DNA of 64,000 nt from Lytechinus pictus (lineage: Eukaryota). A program made the translations under genes and the position numbers. Shown piece after piece: positions 1-13,164 of this stretch (position 1 is its first letter; the number at the start of each line of letters is the position of its first letter). Location of the stretch: NCBI RefSeq assembly GCF_037042905.1, contig NC_087251.1, positions 37,202,001 to 37,266,000 on the forward strand, given 5' to 3'. The notes beneath the pieces are model-generated. The model saw only the letters and a program-made list of their open reading frames with translations. It made no database searches and had not been told where the DNA came from.

Positions 1-109
1 AATATAAATCATACTTTATTCATGATTGTCATTAGGCCTACAACACACAATCTTCTAATTACAATCGAGACATATCACTTTGGATATTTACACGTTAATA
101 CTTATATGT

Positions 110-215
110 GGAGGCGCCGCGGCCGAGTGGTCAAGGAGCCTGACTAGACGCATGACAGTCCGGGGTTCAATCACTGGTCATATCATTGTATGCCCCAGAG
201 CGAGGTATTTGACCT
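110..215 (+). mobile_element. tRNA-derived SINE head (degenerate)
   Basis: Pol III A-box-like GGCCGAGTGG and B-box-like GGTTCAATC at tRNA spacing, with no complete cloverleaf. Confidence 0.55.
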
Positions 216-2942
216 TTGATCATACTTTAGAAAATGAATGAAAAGATGAAAATCCGTATTTTATTGTTCGAAATAGACATAAAATGAAATACTCCGAAAA
301 TTTGCTTTGCCCATTGGAATGCTATTAATGTATCTGTGTTTCTATTTCTTTAATACGGTATTTAATACTATATGGAAAAAAAAACAGATAGAAAGAAATG
401 CACTTAGTCGAGAGAAACCCACCAATCATTTTGGATGAGATTTTCAAATTTAAACTTTTTTGTAATAGTACACCTTTCGAAATTTCAGACGTATTTCCCA
501 CGAAATCTAATTTTTGTTTCTGCTTTGATTTCGGTCTATTAACACATTCATGCATGCACAGTGTAATTTTGAGGAAAAAAAAGTAAATCAAGCTATATAG
601 TTTTTGAAAGAACAGCAATAGTAGCTTGTATCATTTTGTCCAAAGAAACAGAATAATAGAAAAAAGATAATGTTGAGATACATTGGAAAAGTCACAGGTA
701 GTGACGGAAAACAAGGACAGCCAATGGGTATAAAAGGTTAGTAGACTCTACAAGAGGATTGTCTTAGAAGGGCCCGCATGCCTCTGGGCAATAGTACTGA
801 ATTTTACTTTTGCGAGCCCTGGCCCATGGAAAATGATCTCACTCTCTTCTTCTTTTCTTTATATTTTACTTATCTTTATTTAATTATTTAATTTCAAATT
901 GTATTTTTGTATTTATATTATACATTTTTGTATGTTTTTTATGGCCAAATAAATAATAAAAATAATAATAATGATAAATATAATTGGTTAAAATGGGATT
1001 TTATTAATTAAAACTGTGATGCTAAAGCAATTTTATATTGTGGTCTAACGAGTTGAAGCATAGTCGTTGAATACGGGTTAGTGTGTTTTAAGAAAAAATC
1101 TTGTCAGTATATAATTTGAACATGATTGATAGATCAGTTTTTATCATTATTATTATCATCATTGTTACTTATTCTGGACTTTTCGGCAAAAAAAAGCGTT
1201 TACAATTAATAGACTGAATAGAGTTATGACCACAAGACTACAAACTACGAAAAAGATGTTTTTAATGCCTTTCTATAAATTGCTAGTGATTGACATTCTT
1301 ATACAAGGAGTTCTTGAGAACGTGCTGTCTGCTGAAAATTGTGGGAAGATACTCCCACCCACTTTACAAAGAATATGCCAAAGTGAAGAAGACGAATTTG
1401 GACGGTATTTATCTCAACAAGCTGTCTTCAAAGATTGAAATTCAATAATGAGAATTGCGAAAAAGCACAACGCAGCAGTCAGTCAATGCTGGGTTTTGGT
1501 AGAATTTTTAATTTCTTTTTGGAATTACATGCGATGAAATATGTCAACTAATATTTCATGAAAATATTATGTAATGTGTTGGCACTGTACTCTATAATGT
1601 GTGACTCCATTTGTTTACTTCGGAGGATTTGGCGTTCACTTTTTTCACACAGGATTGTTTCCGTTGGGGTCTGCAAAGCAGTATGTTGATTTAAAAAAGG
1701 GGACCTAAGAAGATTCCATGTGGTACTACAAAACAATAGATTTAGTGTATGAGTAGCATAGTAGTTAAATCAGGGTCAGACAATCCAACATCTTTTGGTC
1801 TGCCCCTTCCTATCAGAGCCGTGCGCTGCCAAGGAAATCGAGTATTTTAATGTATATACATGAATAGAAAAATCAAACAAGCATAACGCTGAAAATCCAT
1901 CAAAATCGGATGTAAAATATGAAAGTTATGACATTTCAAAGTTTCGCTTATTTATAAGCCTAACCAGTAGCGTAATAGTTCAATATTTTTGCAGGGATCA
2001 GACATGTCGAAGGGGGAAAAATATCTAAAAGACTTTGAACTTTTTTTATATAAAAATCGTATTTGTGATAGATTACCCATATTAATATTCAATAGATGAC
2101 ATCCTTTTCACCTTTTTTGCTTTCCCTTTCTCCCGTTTTTTTTTTCTTGTTCTCGAAAAATTTGGGGGTCCATGGCCCCACTAGCTCCCCCCTTCCCCAT
2201 ATGTACGCCAGTGAGCCCAATCCATTATTTGTTGACGACGTATAACCAGTTTAAGGGGGGGGGGTCCACGGGCGACTACATAAAGAATGCTAAGGCAAGT
2301 ATACTGATTTGGAAGCCATATGAAATATTACTTTGAGCCGAAATGTAGATCAATTATGAAACTACACCTCTAATCCTCTATCACTAGAAAAGTTTTATTT
2401 TTACTCGTTAGCTGTGCTTCCTCATTTATCAAAAGAAAAAAAAAATCATTTTTCAAACAAAGGTAGGTAGAGGGGAGAATGATAAGACGGGAAATATAAA
2501 GTACAGTTTCGGAAAGCTTGGTGAGCGAGAATATTTGATGACAGAATCCATTTTGCTTTCACACATCGCTCGCTTATACGACAATGTAAACAATTCCTAT
2601 TGACGAATCCAGGTGCCAATACATAGTCACAATTTTTTGAAAGATACACTGACCATTAAAAAAAAAAAAAATTTGGCTCTGTCCGCCTTATCTGACCCCC
2701 CATGCTTGGTTCATTAAGCCACTATTTTATACCATAACATGAATATATCTGTGGCCCAAACAAAAATAGTTACCTTTCATAATAGGAAGTGGTGATGTGG
2801 CACAAAAACAACATAAATCAATACAATCCACAGATATATTGTTTAAAAATTCAATTTCCTAAAATGCTCACGGTAAGGTTGAGCAGGGCGGGGTTCAAAG
2901 ATAATTGTTGGAACCATCGAAAATTTTGTCACCGAAACCTAA

Positions 2943-3262
2943 GGCCTGTATTCTAAAGTCGGGTTTAATTCAAACTCCGGTTTGAATTAGGTTGTGGTTT
3001 AACTATGGATAGCCAATAGTGGCATAAATCTCTTTAACAGTATAATAAAAAAATACACGGTTATTTTTCTCTTAAATCATTTTTTAACTGTTTCGGAAGG
3101 ATAAATAAGATAGCTTCATTGACCACTCACGAGTTAGGAAAGAGCACAGAAAACATAGGAAACATACAATGTAGGGAAAATTTTGACATTTTTTAACTTT
3201 CCATAATTTAAGCACATAGTAAGACCATGGTCTGTGTTAAACTTGACGTCAGTATACGGACC
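2943..3262. mobile_element. MITE, PIF/Harbinger-like
   Basis: Imperfect TIRs GGCCTGTATTCT.. / ..AGTATACGGACC flanked by TAA on both sides. Confidence 0.55.
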
Positions 3263-3265
3263 TAA

Positions 3266-3517
3266 TACCTCTTTCATAAACCCAATTATGCGGATAATAT
3301 CCGCATAATTTGGTCGTAAAATCGGAGCGGGACCAGAGTTATCCGCATTATTTCGGAGGGGGTGTGTGCAGTTGCCATGACAATTATCCGCCTTTTCAGG
3401 TCGGGCGCTCGTAAAAAATAGTGCAGATTATTTTCGGAGTTTGTGAATGCATGTTTTATTGAATTATCCGCATTATTCTTAGGCGGATAATTGGAGGATG
3501 AGTTTATGAAAGGGGTA
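3266..3517. mobile_element. Palindromic MITE
   Basis: TIRs TACCTCTTTCATAAAC / GTTTATGAAAGGGGTA with internal GCGGATAAT/ATTATCCGC repeats. It abuts the previous MITE. Confidence 0.6.
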
Positions 3518-4074
3518 TTATAGTTTATACAGATATTGAATGAAGGGGTGTGTAATATAAACATTCTTTGGACCGCCGGATTTATATTTTCCCGAGGGGT
3601 TATATTTTCCCGAAGCGCGCAGCGCTGAGGGAAAATATGATCACAGTGCAGAATGAGACAATGGAAGTAGTTATCTATGACGTTTGGAACACTCCCGAGA
3701 GCATTAAAACAATATATAAGTAACCTTTTCTGCTAAAAAAATATTCAAAAGATTTTTTTTATTTTAAGATTATTTTAAAGTAAAAAAGCATATCGTGTAA
3801 AATTGAAAACCAGTCGGATGACACGACATTTGCTCCTGCAACATTTGCTCCGGTCTTAATATCTCAGAGGGTACAGGGTTAGAATTATAATTTTTGGTTC
3901 AGAATAATGCAAAGATGACTGGATTAGGGTTTATTTAGTTCTATAGGTTAGGTTTTATGTTTGGCTTAACGTGCCGATTTTCCATCGGAGCAAGTGTCGC
4001 CAGAGAAAATATCATGGAACCGATAATCGCATTCACTGTACCCTGGTAGTGTTACTGTTATCATTGGATACTAT

Positions 4075-4079
4075 CTTTA

Positions 4080-4145
<66 letters not shown>
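4075..4145. repeat. (TA)n microsatellite
   Basis: Direct observation. Confidence 0.95.
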
Positions 4146-4329
4146 CTTTTTAAGTTTCTATTAAAATATACCATCAGAAAACACCATAATATTTACAATG
4201 GATTTACAAGATTGAAAACATTGGATACAATGGAAAAAATGAAATTACGAACACATATGACAAAGCAGTTGTAACCATTGTGAATGGGTTATCTACGCAC
4301 CCGCCGTTTTATTGCGACAATGATAATGG

Positions 4330-5290
4330 GTGTGTTGTGTATCAGTGTTATAAATATGATAATGTGGGGGCCTACTGTGCGTCAGTCGTGACTAGGATAA
4401 TTCAGGTACACAAAGAGTGTGTCTTGACTTAGATAATGTGGGGACCCAATATTGTGACTTCGATAATGATATGTGAAAAAGTTCTTACTAAGATAATGTT
4501 AATACACTCTGTGTATCAGTGTTGTAACTAGGATAATGTTGGGATCCAGTCTGCATAAGCTTTGAGTAGGATAATGTGAGGACCCATTGTGTATCAGTTG
4601 CTATCGTTGGTAACCGCTGTATATGTATTATGGTTTGACTATACATGTGTGTACCCATATGCAGCATTTGTAACAACAACTTTGTAACTTTTGCCACCAA
4701 CTACAAGTATGATGAGAGAACCCGTTGTGTATCAGTTGTGCCTGGAGTGCCTGGGTTTCGCAGTCTATGAATTGTGATTAGGATGTGGGTACCCATGTGT
4801 TTCATAGTACTTAGCAAAGTGTGATGACCCATTCTGTATCATTCGTAAATAGGAAAATGTGGATACACACTGTATGATGTGGTTAGGATAAAGCGAGGAC
4901 CCATTGTTGTTTTGTTTTCAGTTGAGACTATAGGATAATGCGAGTGTCCTTTGCTTAATATTCGTAACTAGTAAAATGTGAGACCCCATTGTGCGTCAGT
5001 TGTGATATGAGGACCCGTATTTAAAAGTTATCATTAAGATAATGTGGGTATAAACTCTATTGAAGTTATAGGATAATTTTGTGCATCAATTAATGTAAGT
5101 AGGATAGTGTGGGAACCCATTGTGTATCAGTCGTCACTAGGATATGGGTACCCGCTGTATGTACGTAGGTTGTGACGAGCATAATGTGAGGACCCATTAT
5201 GTATAAGTTGTGACTAAGATGATTTGGGTACCGGATGTCGTGTCAGTCATGACCTATGGCTTCCCGTTATGTATCAGACATGACTAGAAT
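4330..5290. repeat. Degenerate ~35-40 bp minisatellite
   Basis: Recurrent unit resembling GACCCATTGTGTATCAGTTGTGACTAGGATAATGTG, head to tail, with no unique spacers. Confidence 0.8.
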
Positions 5291-5962
5291 ATTGTGTATA
5301 GGGATGCCAAATCACTCACGGTAAATACAACTATGTTATTCATCAACTCCGCGCAACGGTTATTGACCAGAATGTAATTGTCATCGCGCGCGTCCTCCAT
5401 CACAACGTTAAACCCAACATGACTCATCATCGCTCATGCTCATCGATTTTCATTTCATCTTTGTACCCTCATTACACCAACTCTACGTCCATGCTGTTCT
5501 CACTGAGTCAAAGAATAATGCCCTTGACTGACAGCGTACTGAGAGCGTAGCAAGAACTGTTATTGACATGGTATAGTCTGCATGATCTCCGGAGACCCAT
5601 TTTCCACTACGTGGACTTTGGACGTGATGAGTAATGTAGTGACGCAGTAAGGACTTTCAATGATCATTATACTCGAAATCTGCTCGGACTTGGCGATGAC
5701 GTAGCGGGAACCGTTTCGACGCCTCAAGGACGGTGTCAGTGCGCGCATTAATAAACTCAGTGGGAACACCACCAACGCAACATGAACTTAGCCAGGTCGT
5801 GGCGCGGACGTTGTTGCACACACGGGACGATTTCACAATTCTAGGCCTTTTTTCTCAATGTAGACGACGAAGCAGGAACGTCCCCCGGTGTAAAGGGGGC
5901 AAAACATAACAGGTTTCTTTTATTCAAATTATCATTAATGTATTCCGTGTTACCTCCATTAG

Positions 5963-6057
5963 GACCGTACAGTTTGGTCAGAGGGGGTTCCGCTTCTGAA
6001 GCACAAGAATCTATGTCTTCGGGGTCTGATGTCCGTTATTCAACTGCACAGAAACAG
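5963..6057 (+). CDS. Putative internal exon of uncharacterised + strand gene (..PYSLVRGGSASEAQESMSSGSDVRYSTAQKQ)
   Basis: Acceptor CCTCCATTAG| and donor CAG|GTGGGT. The frame is open and ends in phase 0, compatible with the exon at 6495. Confidence 0.5.
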
Positions 6058-6494
6058 GTGGGTTTGAGAACAAAGGAAGTCCCAAGTTGAGTTGAAAATG
6101 ATGTGAGGATGTTGATGATTTTAAGAGCTAAAATCATGATCATGTATAAAGTAATAACAATAAAACTAATAAAGCAATTAATAATATCAACAGCAACAAT
6201 TATACTAATTATGATAATACTAAGTATAATGATGCTGGTATTAATCATAAAAATTGTTTAAAAAATAATAACAATGCTACTGTTAAAAATAATATTCCTT
6301 TCATAATAGAAATATTATATCATGTCCTATTTCATTTTTGGTCGCAAGTATGAAGACCAATTGTATATGGTTTAGTCTACCGTCACCATCACGAGCCTCT
6401 CACTCATGTTCTTTTCATGACAATATCAATTTTGTCAAAAACTGCATATAGGATCTAACCCATGAATTATTTGTCTGACAAATTACCTTTACAG

Positions 6495-6759
6495 AGGAGA
6501 AACTCTGAAGACGACGGCGTTCCGTTTAGCTCAACATCTACAAGTAGTGACCAAACTTCAGGTTTTCCTCCAACGGTTGAACGCTCCTATAAAATCAATA
6601 GTGTTTTTGCCAATCGAATAGCCGAACTGAAAAATAATTTAGAGCGCCATCTTGAGACCACAACGAATCTCCTAGTTACACTCCAAGGTATTGATATCGA
6701 GGAGCTAGAAGATAACCAGCGATTCATAAAATGTGCCACGAAATTTTTGCCTTCCTTCA
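6495..6759 (+). CDS. Exon of uncharacterised + strand gene (RRNSEDDG...NRIAELKNNLERHLE...KFLPSF)
   Basis: Acceptor CCTTTACAG| and donor TCA|GTAAGT. 265 nt open, phase 0 to 1, with a possible amphipathic or coiled segment. Confidence 0.65.
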
Positions 6760-7655
6760 GTAAGTACTTCTGAGTCTTAAACTCCAGTTTCAATGCTTCC
6801 AAGGGAGTGCATATATTGTTATGTATACCATAACCCTAATCCCCAAGCCAAGACCCGATAACCGGGATGATAATATATTTTGAAAGTGATTAGAGACGTT
6901 ATTCAGACGCACTAAGCGTTATATAAAATCGATTATTATTATTATCATTGTTATTATTACTATTACTAATATTATCAATAGTAATAATAAGATCACTATC
7001 ATCTTCTGAATAGGCCAAATTGGTTTGAGATCCATCAAGTTTTCAACAAGAATCAAAGGGGGGGGGGATAAAGTAGTTAGAATGAAACGAAAAACTTGGC
7101 CTATAGTGATAAATTTTTAAGAATTGTAAACCAACCCGATCATGCTAATTGCTGTCTTCCTAAATAAATGGTAATGGTAATAAATAATGGTATTTTCAGC
7201 GTTCTGACACGTAACGGAACACTGAAAAGAATGAGATGAAGTCATCTGATGTTAAATGGGCCAATGTGGTTATTTCACATGCATTCTAGGTAGTGGTTTT
7301 ATCATCACGCCGCTGTAAAATCTTTTAACGTTTTGCTTGTACCCCGTGTCCTAGATATGAAATGAGATTTCAATAATAAATTAACACGGTGCACACCATG
7401 AATGTCATGAAAGCGGTGAGAGATAAACCGATTATTGTGATAAACTTTATAAATAATATTCAGTGACATTTTAAGAATTAAAAATGAGTGTGAAGTTTTT
7501 TCCCCCAACACAATTAAGATGAGAGGGCGACAGAGTGGGACAAGGGCTCTTAATGACGCACATCAGTAATCATTCATTTTTAAATGAATAGGTTATCACA
7601 TGCGTAAAGTTTTCAACCACTCTTACACTCTAAAAAAGGTTTTCAACAACTATTA

Positions 7656-7877
7656 CACTCTAAAAAAGGTTTACCCAATATTGGGTAAAATGAGAACATA
7701 TATGTTTGATGGGTAAAAAGATACTAAATGTTTTGTAAATTTTACGCAATGTTGCGTTGAAATTTACCCTTCAAACATGCATTTTGCCGAATATTGGAAG
7801 AAAAAATTACCCAGCAAAGATGAATGTTCCATTTCTTTCCAATATTGGGTAAATTTTCACTCTCTGTTTTTAGAGTG
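7656..7877. mobile_element. MITE with CACT termini (EnSpm/CACTA-like)
   Basis: TIR CACTCTAAAAA / TTTTTAGAGTG with TA flanks. The left end is tandemly duplicated (~30 bp, copy at 7626). Confidence 0.6.
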
Positions 7878-8120
7878 TAACTCAGAGAAATAAAATAAAA
7901 GCGACCCGAGTTGAACTATAATCAGAGTCATTCGTCCTTTATTTATGGATAATGATTTGAATTATATAACTAACCAAATCTGATCAAGATTTCAAACCTA
8001 GACTTACACAAATCATGCAAATTGTCTGTTGTTAAATTTCGACAAGTTTTCACAATATATTGTAACAAAATTGCAACAAAAGAAAAGGTGACTTTAAGTT
8101 CTTTCTTTTTATTCCACCAG

Positions 8121-8591
8121 GTTACAGTCGACAGTTAAATGAAGACAACGAAAAGCAAAATGAAACAACAAATTCAACTGCATTATCGACATCTAATTCA
8201 CATGAAAACCATTCAATTTGTTCAAGTCAAACTTGTCGACATGAAGAACCGCGAATAAACATCAACGACAATTTCACATCCACTACACAGAGCACAACAC
8301 GATTAAGCAGCCCACAGCGGGATCAAAATCAAACAACAATGGCATCGAATGTATCTTCTCCTACTACTTCAACGATTACGACGGCGACAAGTGCAACGAG
8401 ATCGGGGCAATTTTTTCCGCCTAGGCCAAATTTCCCCGCTCGTCCGGACTTTCCACCACGTCCAAATTTTCCTCCTCGTCCAAATTCCCCCCCGCGACCC
8501 AATTTCCCACCCGAAGGACGGAGTTCTCCTCTTACAAACGTCGAAAAGGATAATTTGGAAAAAATAGGAGACACACCAGTTCGTGCAGAAG
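8121..8591 (+). CDS. Exon of uncharacterised + strand gene: S/T/N-rich region plus (PPRPNF)-like repeats
   Basis: Acceptor TTTCTTTTTATTCCACCAG| and donor GAAG|GTATGT. 471 nt open, phase 1 to 1, in frame with both flanking exons. Confidence 0.7.
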
Positions 8592-9117
8592 GTATGTGTA
8601 TCTTTTTCTTTATTATTATAATTATCAAATTATTATTGTTATGATTACTATTATTATTATTACTATTATTCATTTATTTTTTAATTTTTAGTACAAATAG
8701 TCCCCCCTCCCCAAAAGGAGAACAAAACAAATAACCCGAATAACTCTATGAAACCATCCAAGTGTGGATATACAACATTAATTTCATAACAAAATGTTAT
8801 TAAAAAAATCGAACAGGTAACATATTTATACACGACATTACTTCTGAAAATACTTTACGCACATTGACCACTCGACAGATTGTATTTAGCGCTTTATAAG
8901 TCACATGCATTATTATTATTATTAGTAGTAGTAGTAGTAGTAGTAGCAGTAGTTACATTATCATTATAATCATAATTGTGAATATATATGTGAAAAGCTT
9001 TCAGAAAAGTTTTTAGACATGATAAACGGTTTATACTGCAAAACAGATTTATTTGAATGACCCGCTATGGGCCGAGTCTCTGCGTAGGCTCTGAAATCGA
9101 AACGCTGATAGTCTTTG

Positions 9118-9650
9118 TGGGGGGGGGGAGTCAAATGTATTGATGTATACATGACCCCATAAACGAGTTAATCTCTGTGTGCAAAATAACCCCCTAAACA
9201 AGTTTTTCGCGGGCTTCATTAACACATTTTGGCCCCTAAACAGGTTGTCGACAGATTATGACCCCAATTTTTTTTTTTTGTCTACTTGCTAGCAATAACC
9301 GTTTCCCATTCCTGGGTCGTTGCTTACAATCGGGAAGAACACGAACACTTTTCAGAAACGAGGAGGAAAAAATCCCGGGGAAAAAGCTTGGGGAAAAAAT
9401 ACCGTAAACACGTTTGGCTAGTCTTTAAAAAAGCTTTGGAAAAAAACATACCCTTAATACGTTTCACCCCGCTATTGACCAGTCTTTCAAAACCACCCTT
9501 TAAAAAAAAAGTTTGTTTTTGATACCCTTAACGAGTGCACGCGCGGTCCGCGTCCAAAACTGAAAAAACACCCCTTTATCATGTCTAACACGTTTAAACG
9601 AGTTTTTTGGGGTCACGAATGTGTACAGCAATATATATGACATTGCTGGA
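9118..9650. mobile_element. Degenerate copy of the G-rich-TIR non-autonomous DNA element also at 11505-11954
   Basis: Shared blocks such as CTCTGTGTGCAAAATAACCCCCTAAACAAGTTTTTCGCGGGCTT and GATACCCTTAACGAGTGCAC. Confidence 0.7.
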
Positions 9651-10105
9651 AACGATTTGATGGAACATATTTCGCAGGGCCGACACATTTCCTTATGTTT
9701 GTGTATTAAATTTGCAGATTATCACCAAAGAATGGGATGATATTTAGGACGTAAAGGAACTTCTATTTATACGCTATCCATGAGAATTACCGTTTTACAA
9801 GTAACATTTTAATTTCACCATTGGCCGAAGGTACAGTTTGCGTAAAACGATATAATTTGTCCCCAGATCGTGAACTAATAAATCGATTGATGTGATTGAC
9901 ACGAATTCATTTCACGATTCATTAATTTCTTTTCTGCATAAAGCTTATCAGTTGACTAGCTTGCCTGAATTATATGACTCGATGCATGTGTTGACTACTG
10001 TGATGGTCATTCGTCAAAATCATCCCCGTGAATAGATATATTTTACATTGAAGAAAATTAGAGTATAATTTTTAAATCGACCTTTTCCCCTCTCTTCTTT
10101 GACAG

Positions 10106-10347
10106 AGTCACTCAAAGTTTTCCGGGAGCATTTGTCTATCGAGGACTACATGAGATTAATGGAAAATCGACCTCAGTTACCGCCATCCTCAGGTTCACAA
10201 ACACCCCCCTTTAGAGGTAAAAGAAAACAACGATCGTTGTCAAAACCATGCGGCTCGTATGAGAGTTGCCTTCACATCTTGACCTCATTAAAAAGAATGG
10301 AAAAAGTAGACATTTCTCGTTCAGCATACCTCGAAATTGATACATAA
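10106..10347 (+). CDS. Terminal coding exon of uncharacterised + strand gene (ESLKVFREHLSIEDYMRLME...AYLEIDT*)
   Basis: Strong acceptor CCTTTTCCCCTCTCTTCTTTGACAG|. Phase 1 matches the previous donor; ends in TAA, followed by AT-rich 3' sequence. Confidence 0.7.
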
Positions 10348-11504
10348 AAAATCTAGCCAATAATATCTACTTCTATCATATTTTATGTTAAATCTTGAGA
10401 AAATATTTTTACTCATTAGTCAAGATTATATTTTTGATGAAGATGATTCGGCTTTGTGAATTGTATATTTTGTATATTGGTAAACTATTATATATTTATG
10501 GAAACATTTTATTAACTGAATCGGATCTGTGATACGAATTCTCACGTTATGTGTTTTGTTGTTGTTGTTGTTGTTATTGATGGTCTGGAGAGAAAAGAGC
10601 AAAAAAATTATTTTTATTCGTCAAGAGAAAATGTAATCTAGACATAACACATGTCGTTGCAGCTTATATATCACCTTTGTTGCACCTCATGTAGAATGAA
10701 ACTAGAACCTATCTATATTTCTACATAATATTGTATAGATATGTACATAATTTTTTCGTATCACAAATAATATTATCATTAATGTATTATTTACTATCAT
10801 TATTTCAATATATTATCATTCATCTTTAGTGTACTGTTTGATTATTATCCACTTAAAGTGTTTGTTTTTATAGAGATGTGCTCGTTTATTGGATGCGTGT
10901 GAGCGTATCTTATAGATCATAATTATGCTTGTTGGGGAGAATACGCCGACGGTTGCATTAATTTTGATTGGCTTAAAACCAGGTTGTTTCACCCCTCCCC
11001 CCTTGAGTTTAACCCCAAATTTCAGGACACATGCCCATTGCATACAATCTCACTAGTTTTTGTATTATTAAAAAATAAAATGATAATTTAAATGCCAAAG
11101 ATGGAAATTGTGGGTACCAATATAATTTATCTCGACAACACTTTTAACAAGAAAATAATCCGCTCCTGCGTAATTTACAGTATTCGAATCACCGATGGTC
11201 TCATCCAGTCGGATAACCGCTTTATCCGACGTTTCTTGTAAACGTTTGTTCTGGGATGACTGTATTAATTCGGCTTATGCCATCGCGTCGGGTAATCGCT
11301 TAACCCGACCATTCGGGAAAACGTAACCCCTAATTTCCTGAAACAGCAGATCCAGTTTTCCCGACCTTTCGTATATTTTTCTAATAATTTTCAAAAAACA
11401 TTGGGTAAAATGGACCCGATCTTTCGGGAATTTAGGGGGACCTTTTCTCGAATGGTCGGGTTACGCGATCGCCCGACCGGACGCGATAACCCCATGTGAT
11501 GGCA

Positions 11505-11954
11505 CCGGGGGGGGGGGCAGTCAAATCCATTGCTGTACACACGCGTGGTCAAATTATTTCCAAACACCCCAATAGAGTTTTTTTCTCTGTGTGCAAAATA
11601 ACCCCCTAAACAAGTTTTTCGCGGGCTTTATTTACACATTTTGGCCCATAAACAAGTTGTCGCCAGAATATGACCCCGTGGAAGAAGCTTGGGGAAAAAA
11701 CACATACCCTAAACACGTTTGGCTAGTCTTAAAGAAAAGCATTGGGAAAAAAACATACTCTAAATACGTTTGACCCTGCGATTGACCATTGACCAGTCTT
11801 TCAAAACTACCCCCTTTTTTGAAAATCGGTGTGTTTGATACCCTTAACGAGTGCACACGCGGCCCGCGTCCAAAACTATAAAACACCCCTTTAAACGCGT
11901 TTTATTTTGGTCACGCGTGTGTACATCAATATATTTGACTGCCCCCCCCCCCGG
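11505..11954. mobile_element. Non-autonomous DNA transposon with CCGGGG.. TIRs and 6-bp TSD
   Basis: TIR CCGG(G)nCAGTCAAAT..GTACACACGCGTG mirrored at the right end. ATGGCA is duplicated on both sides (11499-11504, 11955-11960). Confidence 0.8.
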
Positions 11955-12925
11955 ATGGCACAAGCCATTAATTCGACCTATATTGACCCCCCCCCCCCCC
12001 CTTCCCCTCGACCTGGGAATGAAATGAGTATCAAATATTGCTTACAAAAATTCTCTCCTAAAAAGGCGAAGTGAGATGCCCAATACAAGTTTTAAAAAAT
12101 ACTATTCGATGTAGTTCTTTTTCCCCCTTTCATGCTACAGTCGACTAAACCCACAAACTGTTGTTTGCTAATAATGAAAAAATCGATAAAATCGATTCCA
12201 CACACCTTTTCCTGTTACCTTAAAATATTTTACCTGAGTAAGCTCAGATGATAAAACAATAAAAAACCTCAGGTTAGTCGAAATTATGCTATTAATCGGT
12301 AAAACAGGATCCAAAACTGGTAAAAACAAGAGGAGCTTTTTCAGGTAGAAAGTTTTACGCAACAGGCCCATATTATACTTTAGGCGTACAATCTTTTCTC
12401 ATATTTACTTCTAGTACTCTAGTTGTATTTGATTGATTTATTGATTGACTGCATGTGCAATTGATTTTTCTATTAGATTTCTGGAAATCGAAAGAGAAAT
12501 GACAGAGATAAAGAAACCTACATCACTTATTGTATACAGTTGTTCAATATGGGTATTCTTGTCACTCTTTATACTACAAGTTATTTATACTACAATACAA
12601 AAATGTAAAATCCAGGTGTCATCATTATTATTACTATACTAATGTACTCTGTACAGGCATTTCGGAATTTGTGGATTTTTATATGACCTACATGTATGTT
12701 ACTGTAAAAAAAGTGTTTTGCGTTTTCGTTAGTGCACCTCACAATAGCTATACGAAGTCATATGCATAAAAGTTGCAATTGCTTTTGATCTGCTTTCACT
12801 TGATCTCGTATGTATAAAAAAATTGCTTAAGAGCAATATCTTTTGCTATTAAGCTCAAGCAATTGCCGATTGCCTATTATGCTTCACATTTTGCTTGTGC
12901 GTTTAAGCATTTGCTCGCGTTTGTG

Positions 12926-13164
12926 CACTGTAAAAAATGTGGTGTTAAAACTGACACCACTTGGTACTAATAGAGGACCACACCCTGAGGTGTTCAAATA
13001 ACACCCTAGATATTGAACATAACACCAAAGAGTGCAAATGAAACAACAAAAGGTGTTGTAATAACACTTATCGGTGTTAAACTAACACTTTCAATTTAAC
13101 ACCGGTGTGAAATAACTGGTGTGGTCCTCTATGTACACCGGTTAACACCACAGTTTTTGCTGTG
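12926..13164. mobile_element. MITE with CAC termini
   Basis: CACTGTAAAAAATGTGGTGTTAA / TTAACACCACAGTTTTTGCTGTG, with internal AACACC repeats. Confidence 0.65.

Noticed and set aside
670..1448. Possible upstream exons: 670-736 (MLRYIGKVTGSDGKQGQPMGIK, donor G|GTTAGT) and an acceptor at 1308 with two open frames; also CCAAT and TATAAAA at 721-735
   Set aside because: The frames are short and ambiguous, there is no recognisable homology, and I cannot link them reliably to the exons at 5963+. CCAAT and TATA are too close together for a normal promoter.
4330..5290. CRISPR-like periodicity of ~36-40 bp
   Set aside because: The units are contiguous degenerate tandem repeats without unique spacers, there are no cas genes, and the context is eukaryotic.
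8329..8673. Antisense ORF with GRGGKF repeats resembling an RGG protein
   Set aside because: It is the mirror of the + strand Pro-rich exon, which has proper splice sites; it starts in an (AAT)n microsatellite.
9718..9750. Possible small exon after TTTGCAG
   Set aside because: It hits TGA after 7 codons in the required phase, while the exon at 10106 fits the frame with a stronger acceptor.
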